Source: Vicugna vicugna (lineage: Eukaryota). From it: a DNA stretch of 64,000 bases. The translations under genes were made by a program, and so were the position numbers. Shown one piece after another: positions 13,901 to 26,375 of the stretch. Every line of letters begins with the position of its first letter. Position 1 is the first letter of the stretch. The DNA lies in NCBI GenBank assembly GCA_013265495.1, contig MU058451.1, positions 2,022,167 through 2,086,166 of the forward strand. Direction: 5' to 3'. The notes under the pieces are model-generated. The model searched no databases and had not been told where the DNA came from. It saw nothing but the letters and a program-made list of their open reading frames with translations.

Positions 13901-14075
13901 CAGAGAAGAGTCTTTACACTTTAATCAAGTGTTTTGCACGTGACAGTCTCCTAATAAAATTTCTTGATTGATTTCCAATCAGTTAACTTTCTAACTTACC
14001 TATGATCACCATCATGATTATGAAAGTTTTTTTTTTAAAGCAACTACTGAAACTTTGTTTTTTTTTTTTTTAAAT

Positions 14076-14225
14076 GGAGAAGGGTATAGCTCAAGTGGTA
14101 GAGAGCATGCTTAGCATGCATGAGGTCCTGGGTTCAATCCCCAGTACCTCCTCTAAAAAGAAAGAAAGAAAGAAATCTAATTACCTCCTTCCCCCACCCC
14201 CCAAAAACCCAAGAAAAACAATATT
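14076..14225 (+). mobile_element. tRNA-Ala-derived SINE (Vic-1-like)
   Basis: gggtatagctcaagtggtagag...ttagcatgcatgaggtcctgggttcaatccccagtacctcc, then ctaattacctc tail and A-rich end. Confidence 0.9.
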
Positions 14226-14237
14226 TTTTTTAAAATT

Positions 14238-14512
14238 TAATGGTTACCAAAGGGGAAAGGGGAGGGGAGGAATAAATTAGGAGCTTTGGATTAACGTATT
14301 CACACTACTACGTATGAAACAGATGAACAGCAGGGACCCGCTGTATAGCATAGGGAAATGTACTCAGTGTCTTGTAATAAGCTATAATGGAAGAAAATCT
14401 GGAAAAATATACACACATATATATATGTATATGTATAATTAAATCACTTTGCTGTTCACCAGAATCTAATACAAAATTGTAAGCCAACTATACTTCCAAT
14501 TTCAAAAAAAAA
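14238..14512 (+). mobile_element. LINE-1 3' UTR fragment
   Basis: atggttaccaaaggggaaagggg...aaattaggagc...tgtaagccaactatacttc followed by an A-rich tail. Confidence 0.85.
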
Positions 14513-15460
14513 TTCATGGAGAACCAAGACTGAAGTAATTCCTTAAAGCTATGACTCAGATTGACTATTGCTTTTGACACAGCTGTACATTTTAAAGAAA
14601 ACATTCTGTGGACGTAAAGGTAAATTTTACGTAGCACCTTGCCGTCTCTTAAGCATCAAACTTAAAAAACAACAGAATTAAACTCCTTGTTCCTCAGCAG
14701 TAGAGGTTTCTATTATGATTCCCCAGTAATATAAACTGCTGCTGGCTCTCAGCAGAGGGGAGCGTAAGCCAGTTTCTCTCCTTCATAATTATTTTATTTA
14801 GAAGGTATAGAAGAGACATATAGAAAAATAACAGTGTTGAAGAGTACAGGGAGAACTCATTTCTTGGAGCGGGTTGTAAATGAATTAGAAATGTATTTTT
14901 GCCATCTGCTGCTGCTACTGCTCTTATGAAATTTGGGATTCACAAATTGCAGTTTGTATAACACTAACTCTGGGACTCGGAAAATCTACTCAGGATCTGT
15001 AACCTGAGGGAAATGTTCTGGATGACTTCGGAGAGCTCCGTAACACAATAAGGAACATATGCTCTGTGGGGCTTCCCCAACATCTGACAGGCAGTGGTAC
15101 CACGTGCTCATCAGGGGAGAGGGAGGATGTTAGCGCCATGGTACCAGGTACTGTGCCACGTCCCATGTTTGAAAACCCTCTAAAGCACTTCAGTGCGACT
15201 ACTCTCAGCATCCCTTAGTGCAGAGATTCTCACTATCCAGCTAGAAAGACAGGCTCACTGAGGCTAAAATCATAAGATCCAACACAGCAAAAGGTAAGAA
15301 AGGAATTTAAATGTACATTCTCACCACTGCCTCTTCTCAAGGAAAACAGACATTTCCCTAATCAAAAAGAAATGATAAAACAATGAGCAGTAAATTAAAT
15401 GAAGTGATAAATGCAAAACTCAGCACCCAAACTGTATTGTCCTTTAATCTCTTCTAAGTC

Positions 15461-16325
15461 TTTTTTTTTTATTATTTATTTTTCTTAAGGTATAGTTGAT
15501 TTACAATGTTGTGTTAGTTTCAGGTGTACAGCAAAGTGATTCCGTGATAGATATGTATATATGTATATGTTTATATATATTCTTTTTCAGATTCTTTTCC
15601 ATTATAGGTTATTACAAGATATTGAATATAATTCCCTGTGCTATACAGTAGGTTCTTGCTATTTATCTGTTTTATATATGGTAGTGTGTATATGTTAATA
15701 CCAAACTCCTAATTTATCCCTCCCCTCCTCCTTCCTCTTTGGTAACCATAAGTTTGTTTTCTACGTCTGTGAGTCTGTAAATAAGTTCATTTTTGTCATA
15801 CCTCAGATTTCCCATTTGTGTTGTACTTTAGATTTCACATATAAGTGATGTCATATATGGGGCTTACTTCACTTAGTATGATAATCTCTAGATCTATCCA
15901 TGTTGCTGCAAATTCATTCTCTTTTATGGCTGAGTGATTTCCATTGTGTACATTCCATGCCTTCTTTATCCGTTCATCTGTCAATGGACATTTAGGTTGC
16001 TTCCATGTCTTGGCAATTGTGAATAGTGCTGCTATGAACATTGAGGTGCAGATATCTTTTCAAATTAGAATTTTCATCTTTTCCATATGTAAGTCCAGGC
16101 ATGGGACTGCTGGGACTCTATTTTTAGTTTCTTAAGGAAACTCCATACTGTTCTCCACAGTGGCTGCACCAATTTGCATGCCCACCAACAGTGTAGGAGG
16201 GTTCCCTTTTCTCCACAGCCCCTCCATCATTTATTACTTGTACATTTTTTGATGATGGCCTTTCTGACCAGTGTAAGGTAATACCTCATTGTAGTTTTGA
16301 TTTGCATTTCTCTAATAATTAGCAC
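15461..16325 (-). mobile_element. 5'-truncated LINE-1 (ORF2 C-terminus plus 3' UTR), degenerate
   Basis: ORF2 peptides MFIAALFTIAKTWKQPKCP and [17 protein letters not shown] on the minus strand; poly(T) at the left end. Confidence 0.92.
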
Positions 16326-19300
16326 AAATCCCATTACTTCTTCATCTTTATTCTTCACTAGACTTCTAAAGGGGAAGGGAAAAGAGGGATAGAGCACAAG
16401 TTCTCTAATCATCTCTCAAAGGGTCAGATTCAGATTCTACAGTTCTAGAACATTCTCTGTAGCAAAGTAACCACAGATCCAATCTACCCAAATACAAATA
16501 CCTTGATCATTCCATTCATTCTTCCAGCAGTGCCAGGCACTGGGACTACAGATGAAAAGACAGGGCACCCAGGGAGCCTCAGGTCTAGTGGGGAGGCAGA
16601 GACACCATCAATCACATAGACATGACCGTGCTTTAATGGAGGAAGGTATAGAGTGTGGCGGGGCAGGGATGGAACACAGAACCAGTAAATCTCTGCCCGC
16701 CAATCTAATGCTCTTCATACCTGTGAAGCTTGGGTCCCTCCCCAGTCCTGTCACATCAAGCCCCTGTTCCCACCGGTCACCATCCGAACCACAGCCCCAA
16801 ACTTGTGCAGGAAATAGTGGATGTGCATGAACTTCAAGTACCCACTCTCTAGAGGGGGCATTATTTTATTTAATCTTCACAACAACCCCATTTTCTGGAT
16901 GAGATCATTGAGGTCCAGAGAAGTTCCATGGTGCCAATATCAGAATAAGGAAGGAGCTGCCTCTGACCTCAAAGTCCCTGTTCTTTCCAATATATTTCAC
17001 TGTTTCAACTGCTTTACCCAAAAATAATGATCAACAGCAATGCTGGAGGTAGCCCTGTTTCTGTGTACTTCAGTTTAGTCTCTTTAGTGTAGATTGCAAT
17101 CTGTTGGCAGAAAAATAACTTTCAACAATGGTGAGTCATTACATGCATTTTAGATTTACATTGGAGAATCCTCAGGAATACCAAGCACAGCTGTCCCACC
17201 ATGAGACTCTTGGCACAAACCCCATTGTCCCCAGGGCCAATGCAGTTATGTAGGGGGCAAAACGAATCCATACGACACATAGTTCACCACGAGCGGTGAC
17301 CAGGACTGTCGCCTTCCTTAATTCTAACCATGTCAGGCTAAAGTATCTTATATAAATGCCATTGAAATGGAACACCAATTTCCTGCATCGATGCAAAAAT
17401 CTGAGTGGTTATAAAACCACATGCTGCTTATGTATTTTTAATGTAAAATAAACTTTGTTTTCTTGGAACTGTGAAGACTGTGGTCAGATGTCATCAGGAG
17501 GCAGCAATGTCAGAAGCAGATTTAAGGAGCCCAGCCGGAGGTGATAATGTTTACTGCTTACATTTGCAAGATAGTTGTACTGTACGTGTGCAGAATGGGG
17601 ACAGGGGCGTTGTCAAGACCCTGCGTAAAATTCCATCACTGTCTTTAACAATATTGTACATGCTTATGTAGCAAGAGCTGGACTGGAGGAAGATTAATAG
17701 TGAAAGGATGTGCTAATGAATTATTAATGAACAGGCTTCATATGATGCAATTCTCAGAAATGTTAACTATCCAGCTTAGATTGGAGAAGACCTTCCTCCT
17801 TTCCAAAATGTGCATCTGGAAAACCAAGGCTCAAAATTCAGGAAGCTGGTGTCTCATAGAGCCACTTCAGTGCTTATATACACAGCACCTAAAATGCAGA
17901 CAGGCACTTTGATGGATGGGTGACTGATGGACTGGATGATGTCATTAACCATTCAGTCACGGTTCATAGATCTTTATGTTGTGGGACATTTTCTGAGATT
18001 TAACTAAAGCTGGCCGTGATCCAGATGGAAGAGGTGACACTTCAGCCCAACCTATAGGGATGCTTAGGCGGGAAGTACCTAGGGGTGTGTTCCTTTTAAA
18101 TAACCAGAAGCACTCAGGAATTAACCTATTACATTCACTACCAACCATTATTCTTAGTGCGAATGATTTAATCAAATGTCATCCTTGTAATGGATGACTG
18201 ATCAGATGGGCGTTTTAATTGGCTCCGAGTGGAGAGGAGAGAACTGGGGAGCCTGGCCACTGGATCCGAAGGTGTGGTCCCAGGTCTGAGAAGCCAGAGC
18301 AGCTTGAAAGAGGAAGTGGGCTAGAAGATGGGGGAAATCCAGAGCCATCATTTCCACAGCCTTGGTTTTGCTCCATTCCATTCTCAGCATCCCTTGAAAA
18401 CAACAGTATGAAAGGAAATCTGCAGCTGCTCCCTCAGCCTTATCAGGTTGTCCATCCTAAACTTCTCTCCCACTGGGGATTTTTCAGAATTGACATTTTC
18501 CCCTACTGAGTTCTCACTCCATGATTCCTGGGGTGCAGGACATTCACTGCTCCTCCTTAGTTGTAAGAGAGAGAGAGCAATGGCTGTGTGTGCGGAAGGG
18601 GCTTCCACGAGCAATGACCACAGGATGGGGCCCCACGTCACTGGGAGGGACCACAAAGCAAGACGCTTCCAGCAGGGCCATCACCCGTGGAAAGTCAAAA
18701 ATGACCTATTCAGCAAATTAAAAGACGTTGCCACAAACATCTAAGCCTCCTTGATCCTTTTCCTTCATTCTTTGGCATGGGTAAACTGATTCTTCTCAGT
18801 TAATCTGAGGCCGTGACTTAGGTACCTGGCACATGTTATGTGTTTCACAAATCACCTCATTGAACTCCCAACAGCCTGAAAAGTTGGCAGATTATCCCTG
18901 TTTTATGGATGAGAAAGCTGAGGCTCTGAAAGGTTGCATTGCTTGCACAGGGTTTATGTCACTGCAGAGTAGCTGAGGCAGGATTTGAAGCTGGGAAAAA
19001 GACTTCCCAGCCTACACCCCGGTTCCCGTTCTTACACCTCCCTATATCCTAATTCTATATCTCACACAATTCTTAATTTTTTTCTAAATCCCCTATGAAA
19101 TTGTTGCCTATGAAAATGTGCCTACCGTCTGATAGCTCTGGACACAAAGTCATTAGGTTGTAAATCAAATTTCAGTTACTGTTCAAAGAAGTATGCAAAG
19201 CAATCTTTAAAAGCAGCAATATGCTTAAGGAAATGACCGTGATGGCATTTCTCTTCTGAAACGATGCGCTTTTCAGTGCCAGCTAATCAACCCTCGGGAA

Positions 19301-20164
19301 TCTTTAATGATTTTGTCCCAGACAACTGCACAGCCAGAAAATTCAGTTTGACCTGAGGATGATGGATGTGTGTGATTTAGATCTGAAGACTGATGAAAGG
19401 GAGGAGGTTTATGCAAGTTGACAAAAAACAAAATAGCCACGGTTCAGTGTGATTTGCTATTTATAAAGAGATTCTATTTGCTTTTGTGGCAGTTTTGTCT
19501 GCCCTGATATTTCTTCCGCTTATTAAAAAGAATTCACACTCATCAGTTCGCTCTCTGAGCATGATAAATACATTTCGAGTCCCAAGTCCTATTACATTAA
19601 ATTTATTTTCCATTCTAGAATGGGCAGAAAATATATCTTTGATTTGTTCTTTCCAACTCCACTGAGTGCATTATTGCTTTATTGTGTGATGTTATGCATT
19701 TCATACTTTTAGATAATTTACGTGCACTTTGAGATCGTCTATGTAATTTTTTTAATTGAAGTATAGTCAGTTTACAATTTTTTAAATTGAAGTATAGATT
19801 TTTTAATTGAAGTATAGACTTCTATCTGTTTTAACGTGTAAAGCCCACAATATTAGTAAGCACAGTTCAGACCTAAAATTCAATCATAAGACCTTTCACG
19901 AAATAACAATAGCAGTAAACGTGCCGTCAAAGTGTTTTTTATATATGCATTGCCTTATTCAGTCTTTGTGTGTATTGCTTATCAGAATTCATTGAAACAA
20001 GTAAGATTAAAGCAATTCATCATATTATAATCTCACCATTTTTGGTCGCCTAGCAGATAACACAGGAAAAAATACTGAGGTCTAGGTAATGTCTACACAA
20101 TATCAAAATGTCTAGTCACTTTCTTTTTTGATCCAGATGTCTGTTATTATACAAACGTAAAAGC

Positions 20165-20427
20165 CGAAAAGTTCGTAGTGGTTACCAGAGGGCAGAGGGA
20201 GGAGGGAGGGACAAATTAGGTGTATGGGATTAAAAGACCCAACTACTATGTATGAAATAGATGAACAACATGGATACGCTCTACGGCACAGGTGACCATA
20301 GCTATCGTCTTGTCATAACTTTTAATGGAGTACAATCGGTAAAAATGCTAAATCTCTATGCTGTACACCTGAAACTGATGTAATATTGTAAATCAATTAT
20401 ATTTAAATTAAAAAAGAAAAAAAAGAA
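20165..20427 (+). mobile_element. LINE-1 3' UTR fragment
   Basis: gtggttaccagaggg...tgtacacctgaaact...tgtaaatcaattata followed by an A tail. Confidence 0.82.
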
Positions 20428-20609
20428 ACCTCAGATTTTTTTAAAGGCCAAATAGTTTGATTTGCTCTATGGACATTGAAATGTTCACAAAGAACACAGT
20501 AAAATCACTGACATTTCCCATGACATTGTAAAATCAGTTCTGAACCCAGAGGTGTGCCCATCCAAGTGGTACATCAGTAAAGTCATGTATAGACCCAATT
20601 GTCTATTCT

Positions 20610-21105
20610 TTCATGCCACCCACAATTATTGAGCCCCTACCCCTTGCCAGGCACTGTTCTGGGCACAGGGGATACAGCAGTAACACAGACTGGCACTTCC
20701 CTTGCTCCCTTGAGCTAAGCATCTAATTAATAAACCTCAGAGAATGGCAAGTGCTAGGCCAGGAATTGAAACAAGGGGTTGCGGTAGGGAGATGTTCCCT
20801 CTCACTACGGAGGTAACATTTCACCTGAGATCTGAAGACAGGAAGGAAGGAGCTAGCAGTGCAACAGTTAGCAGGACAGGCCTCGCAGGTGTAGAGAAAA
20901 GCAAAGATGCTAAAAGGGGAAGGGGCTCAGCAAGAGGTCTGTGGTCAAGATGGGGAGCGGAGGAGGAGGTGAGGTCACAGAGAGGAAAGGCAAGGCCATG
21001 CGGGGCTCTGAGACCTGGCTAGGAGTTTGCATTTCATTCTAAATGTGAGAGGAAGCCACGGGGGGGATGTAAGAGGAAGGGTATGATCGGATTTACATTT
21101 TTTAA
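20610..21105 (-). mobile_element. L2 LINE fragment
   Basis: tattgagcccctac...tgccaggcactgttctgggcac...gggatacagcag, followed by a purine-rich L2 body. Confidence 0.7.
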
Positions 21106-21757
21106 TGTTTTAAATGTCTAAGTTAAGAATGTGACCATGTGCTAATTCTTATAATAAAGAACAAATGAATTACCTGTTGATTAGATCAAATGGCATGCCT
21201 TCAGTCCCTTCCTCCCTTCACATTCTCCCTCACACCGTGACCACAAAGAGGCCATATTTTGACACCTTCATCTGTCTTTTCAAGGACCTCTCTGGGGAGG
21301 CACCCCTGGAAGCAGCATCCTTATCTGTTCATCTTGTTTAGATGCTCCCTGATCTAAATTCCCTTTGCCAATAGCTTTACATGGGATTCAAGCAAGTCTC
21401 CAGTACTTTCTGTCAGTTCATGAAATCCTGCTTCTTGTGCAAGAATTTTACTTTAATTTGACCACAGGTCTGTATGGCATATTTTAGAGCATCTGGATAC
21501 TCAGGACACAGGCATGGTGGTGTGGAGAGAGCCCAGAGTCAAGGGAGGGACATTTGAGAAACACTGTAAATATTCAGGTGAGCATTTACATGTTCTGTTT
21601 CCCTAGATCTCTTAGCTACAAGGACTGAAATAACAAATACTTCTAAAACCTACTGGGCCTTGCCTCTAAGGCCCCTAGAAAGTGGTTGGGAAAATGAATT
21701 AATAGTCATGAAAGAATCAGTGAACACAACAGAATGATACTTTTTAGCCTTCTATGA

Positions 21758-22270
21758 TGTCCTGGGCAGAATAATGGCCTCTAAAAACGTCTGTATCCTA
21801 ATCCCCAGAATATGTCAGCATGTTACGTTACATGACAAAAGAGAATTACGGTTGCAAATGGAATTAAGATGGCTAATCAGCTCACCTTAAAATAGGGAGC
21901 TTATCCTGGATTATCCAAAGAGGCCCCAGGTAATCACAGGGTCCTTAAAAGTGGAAGAAGAAGTCAAAAGAAAGTCATAGAAAGATGTGACAACACAAGA
22001 AAGGCGAGAGAAATGACTTGTTATGGGTTTTAAGGATGAAGGAGGGAGCCATCGAGACTCAAAGAATGCCAGAGATCCTGGAAAGAGCGGGGACGTGGAT
22101 TGTCCCCTTTTGTCCCTCCTAAAAGGGACACAGCCCTGGCCCTGTCAACACACTTTGATTGTAATCCAGTCAGACTCGTGTCTAATTTCTGAACTACAGA
22201 ACTGTCAGATGTAAATGTGTGTGTTTTAAGTTGGTAGTACATTGTTACAGCAGCAGTAGAAAAATGATAT
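21758..22270 (+). mobile_element. MaLR solo LTR (MLT1D-like)
   Basis: tg...ggcagaataatggcc...ggttgcaaatggaattaagatggctaatcagc...ttgttacagcagcagtagaaaa. Confidence 0.85.
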
Positions 22271-23983
22271 GATAGAATAAAACTCCACATTGTGGAATAA
22301 GTTAGGAGGTGCAAGGGGTGAAGATGAGGGAGAGAAATATAGAGTCACAAACTAAGGATCTCATAGAGGAGGTGAATCTTGGTCCAGAAAACCTATGATT
22401 AAAAAAAACCTTTTGCAGAAGATAAGGTAAAACAAAGTTCTTAACATCTTTGGGGCCAACGCTCATAACCAGAGCAGCCTGCCCAAATTCATCCAGGGTA
22501 CAGTGTTTTTGAATGATTTCTGTATATAATTTTAACATATTTGGGCTAATTAATATGGCTGCTGATTAGGAGATAGATTTTGTTCCTAATTTTAAAAGTC
22601 CATCTTTCATAATCATTTAAGTTGTCATTTACAGCTCAAAAAAATTAGCAGGGCATGATATCCTTGAGCTTTTTTTTTTTTAAGTTTCCAAAATAAGTTC
22701 CTGTAAACTTCCGTGGATCTTTGAAAGGCATTGTTATGATGAAGCATAATCTATACTCTGGCAGAGTTTTGTTTTGCTGAATGTTCCAGACTAAGAGAAA
22801 GTTAGCTCAGGAAACCCTCTTAAGTGGATATTGATATTTAATAAGCTTGACTCTGAACAAGTTTCAGCCAGTTCCTTCCTCTTCCAGAAAGTCGACACTG
22901 TCTTGGGTTGTCGTTATATAAGCTCTTTGTGGGAGGGTGCCATCACCTGAATTCCTGGCTCTGGAAATCCTGGGGGATAGGCGTTTGTCTCCACATTTTC
23001 TCCTCCCTCAGGACAGACGCAAGATGTACCCTTCACCTCTGTGTCCACCCCACCCACAAGCACAGAATCTTTCCCAAAGTCAACACAAAATGATATTTCA
23101 TGAATGAAATAAATGGAGCACTCTAATTAGAGCTGAGACATTGTGCCAAGTAGCCTTTTCAGATTCATAATTATGTATGAATCTCCAGACTTGCACAGGA
23201 AACTCCTGCATTTCTGTGTGTCGGTAAATATACAAAGGTCATTCTAATACATCTAATTCTGTCCGCCTAAAAATATCAGACTGTTGAGTGCTACACTGTT
23301 GTCAAATACACTAATTCTGATGATCCAGAAAACATTTCAAAAGAAAGCATTGTATTCTAGAATCAGAACTTCTCTTTCTTGCAGTACTTCTTCAGAATGG
23401 CTGATTTTGATCCGGTATCTTAATTGAGGGCTTTTCTTGATCTATTCTCTGTCACTGGAAAGAAGAAGTCAAGCTATGAATCGTTCAGAGAAATTCACAT
23501 TGTCAGGCTGATACAGACCCCAAGACGGGATAGTTCCTTTCCCTTTTGTTGTTAATATTTGTTTATCCTTAATGGGCATTTTAATATCATTTGTTGTGGA
23601 AAATGACAGACCATGGTTGTGCCTACAAATGTGTGCATTTAAGAAAGATAAATGCGTTATTTATATTCTAGACAATTCCAAGCCAAGTTTTTTCATTACA
23701 TTATTACAATAGAGGAAATTACCTCCATCTTACTGACCCCTGCACTGTGACACAGACCACACCTTATTGATTTTATATAATTCCTTATACCTAGAAGACA
23801 CTGGCCCTCAAAATTGTTGTTGAATTTCACTCAGTAGGTAATAGAAAACTAATAAAACAATGAAAAATCAAGTGAAAATAAGAAAATTATCTAATTCATT
23901 TTACTGTTGGATATAATAATAAAACTGGATCATTAAGGAGTCTGATGCTCACTTACCCAGTTTGGCCAGTTAATAGAGAATTT

Positions 23984-24148
23984 TTTAAATATTTTATCTA
24001 CTATTGTATGATTTAATTATTTTATTTTGGTGGGGGTGGGATAATTAGGCTTTTTTATTTTCAGAGGAGGTACTGGGAATTGAACCCAGAACCTCTTGCA
24101 GGCTAAACATGCTAAGCATGCACTCTACCACTTGAGCTATACCCTCAC
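23984..24148 (-). mobile_element. tRNA-Ala-derived SINE (Vic-1-like)
   Basis: Same head on the minus strand. 18-bp TSD ccagttaatagagaattt at 23966-23983 and 24149-24166. Confidence 0.92.
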
Positions 24149-25959
24149 CCAGTTAATAGAGAATTTAAGAAATTATCTGAACAACAAATTAAGAAAAACT
24201 TTTGTCGCTATCAAGATATTTGAAGTATAGGTCATCTTCAGTTTGAATTATCCACAGAATATTCCAATCCCCTCTCCTTGTTTTGCATGTGTAATCACAG
24301 ATCAAGATTAAGTGTTTTATTTAAGAACCTATTTAAAAGACAGTAGTGGCTAATCATTTAAAATTAGCTCCTTGACCGGAACTGCACAGCCGTGCAAAAC
24401 CAAAGCTTGAGGCTTGATCCTAATTACTCAGATTGATTGTCTGCTTGTCCCAAATTCATTAATTCCAAACTCCAGTTTCTAGCACTGCCTCTCAGTTGGG
24501 CTGTCTTGATCTCACCCTTGAAAGCATTATTGCTTGGGGAGGAAGGATGGCTGTTTTAAGTGAATTCAAAATATGGGAAATCAACATAAAATCCCATCAG
24601 TAAAGGAAATTCTCATCCTGATACTGTGTTCCTTGTTTACAATTTTGACTTCTTGGATGCACCCTCTTCTCGGATATGCGAGGACTCGGTGTGTCTTGGA
24701 GGAGGCTGTAACAGATCCTGCTGGAAAGACAGAGGTGCCCCGTACAGTTACAAAGCCTACACCTTCAAAAGGCAGTCCCACTTGTGATCGCTCTACATTT
24801 TAACGGATTGCTTGGGCTTTCCAAAAGCCGCCCTTGGACTCTGAGAACTGTCTTATCTGCCTTTCATTTCATACTTCAAATTCAATTTTTAAAATGAGAA
24901 TTTCTTTCTGTATGGAAGTCAAGTGGATTTGCATGTCTAACAAGGACTAGCCTATTTGGAACAAATTGAGGAGGATTCTTTGTAACCACTGAGGTGTCTG
25001 ACAGATTACAACCGTAGGCAGAAAACACCATTGGCATTGAAAAGCTGACCACTTACTCTGTCTGGAATGGTTATTTCCTGGATGCATTATGGAGGCGAAA
25101 GCTACGTTAGCTTAAACTACACTTACCAAATGTGTTGAAATTAAGCCAGGGCTCTTATCAAACCCAGCCAGAAGTTTCCTTTGCTCTTTCACATTCTTTT
25201 TCAATTTTGCTGCGCTTCCTAGACATTCATTTTAAAACGTCATTTCTTCATGGGCTCATGAACATTACTTAACTTTTCAGACAACTTTACAAAAACTTTA
25301 AATTCCACAAATGTTCAATAACTATCTCCTGAATATTAACTGTAGACCCAGGACCATGGCAAGCCAATAGAATTCTAAAGGTTTTTCTGATACATAACGA
25401 TGAGCTTGGCCTCTGATTCATTCATTCTAGACCTTCTTTAATTTACAGACTTCTCCAAGTGAAAATCCATCCACTTAGTTTATCTTTTTTGCTCCAGGAA
25501 GATGATTTGCCCAACTGAAGGGCAATTGCTTTAGCTGAGAACATGTGTGCTTAAGTACAAGAAACAGCAAAGCATAGATTCCATTTTTAAGCAGTCATTT
25601 CAGTAGTCCTGAATGCCAATAAGCTGCGTTTGAAACCATCATTTATTTCATTGTTTTGGCCCTTTACATTGTCTCTAGTCTGGAAGCGGTAGGTGGGAGA
25701 GGGTTGTAGGAATCCAGAGAGCCAGCCAAGCAAGGATAGAGATCTGGAATGTGGTGGGAGAGGCACAGATGCCTGCTACAGGGGATAGCTCTGGTAGGCA
25801 GTGAGGAAGGTATGGCACAATGTTCAAGGGCAATGCCCATCTCAGATGCATTTTGGCAAATGACTGGCAATAAACAGTAACCAGGTTTCCAAAAAAGAGG
25901 CAGAATCCTTCCCTGGGGACATCCAGGCAATAGTCAGTATGTAACAACCAGGCAGCCAC

Positions 25960-26375
25960 ACACTGTTCTTTCTGAAAATATAAGCAAATATGTACATAGA
26001 TTCCTATCCTCACCAGCTTTTCTACACCAAAGGTAGCATATTACAACTTTCTTCTACGCTTTGCCTTTTTCACTGAATGACTACTGAAGACCACTCCATA
26101 ATAGTCTCCATTTCTTTTTAACAACCACACATACTCCATCGTGGATGCGCCTTTGTTTACGGTACTGAAAGACATTTGGGCTGTTTCCAATCTTTTCTTC
26201 TTACAGTGTTAGAATTAATAGCTTTGTGAGTAGGTCACTTTGTGTTTTTGCCATTTTGTCTTTCAGATAGATTCCTAGAAGGGGATTTGCTGATTCAAGG
26301 TATATGCAGTCTTTCTGGGTGCTGCCAAATCACCTTCCATAGAGGTTGTGCCATTTTGCGTTCCCATCAGCAGGG
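25960..26375 (-). mobile_element. Old LINE-1 (L1M-type) fragment
   Basis: gacatttgggctgtttccaatc...tgccattttgcgttcccatcagca, antisense L1 3'-region phrases. Confidence 0.65.

Noticed and set aside
14076..14152. tRNA-Ala(AGC)-like genes (also at 10.1, 24.1, 48.0, 54.7 and 60.9 kb)
   Set aside because: A-rich tails, TSDs and broken stems mark them as SINEs, not functional tRNAs.
16843..16862. CTCF-like motifs (also about 43403 and 61225)
   Set aside because: Only partial matches, at a level expected by chance in 64 kb.
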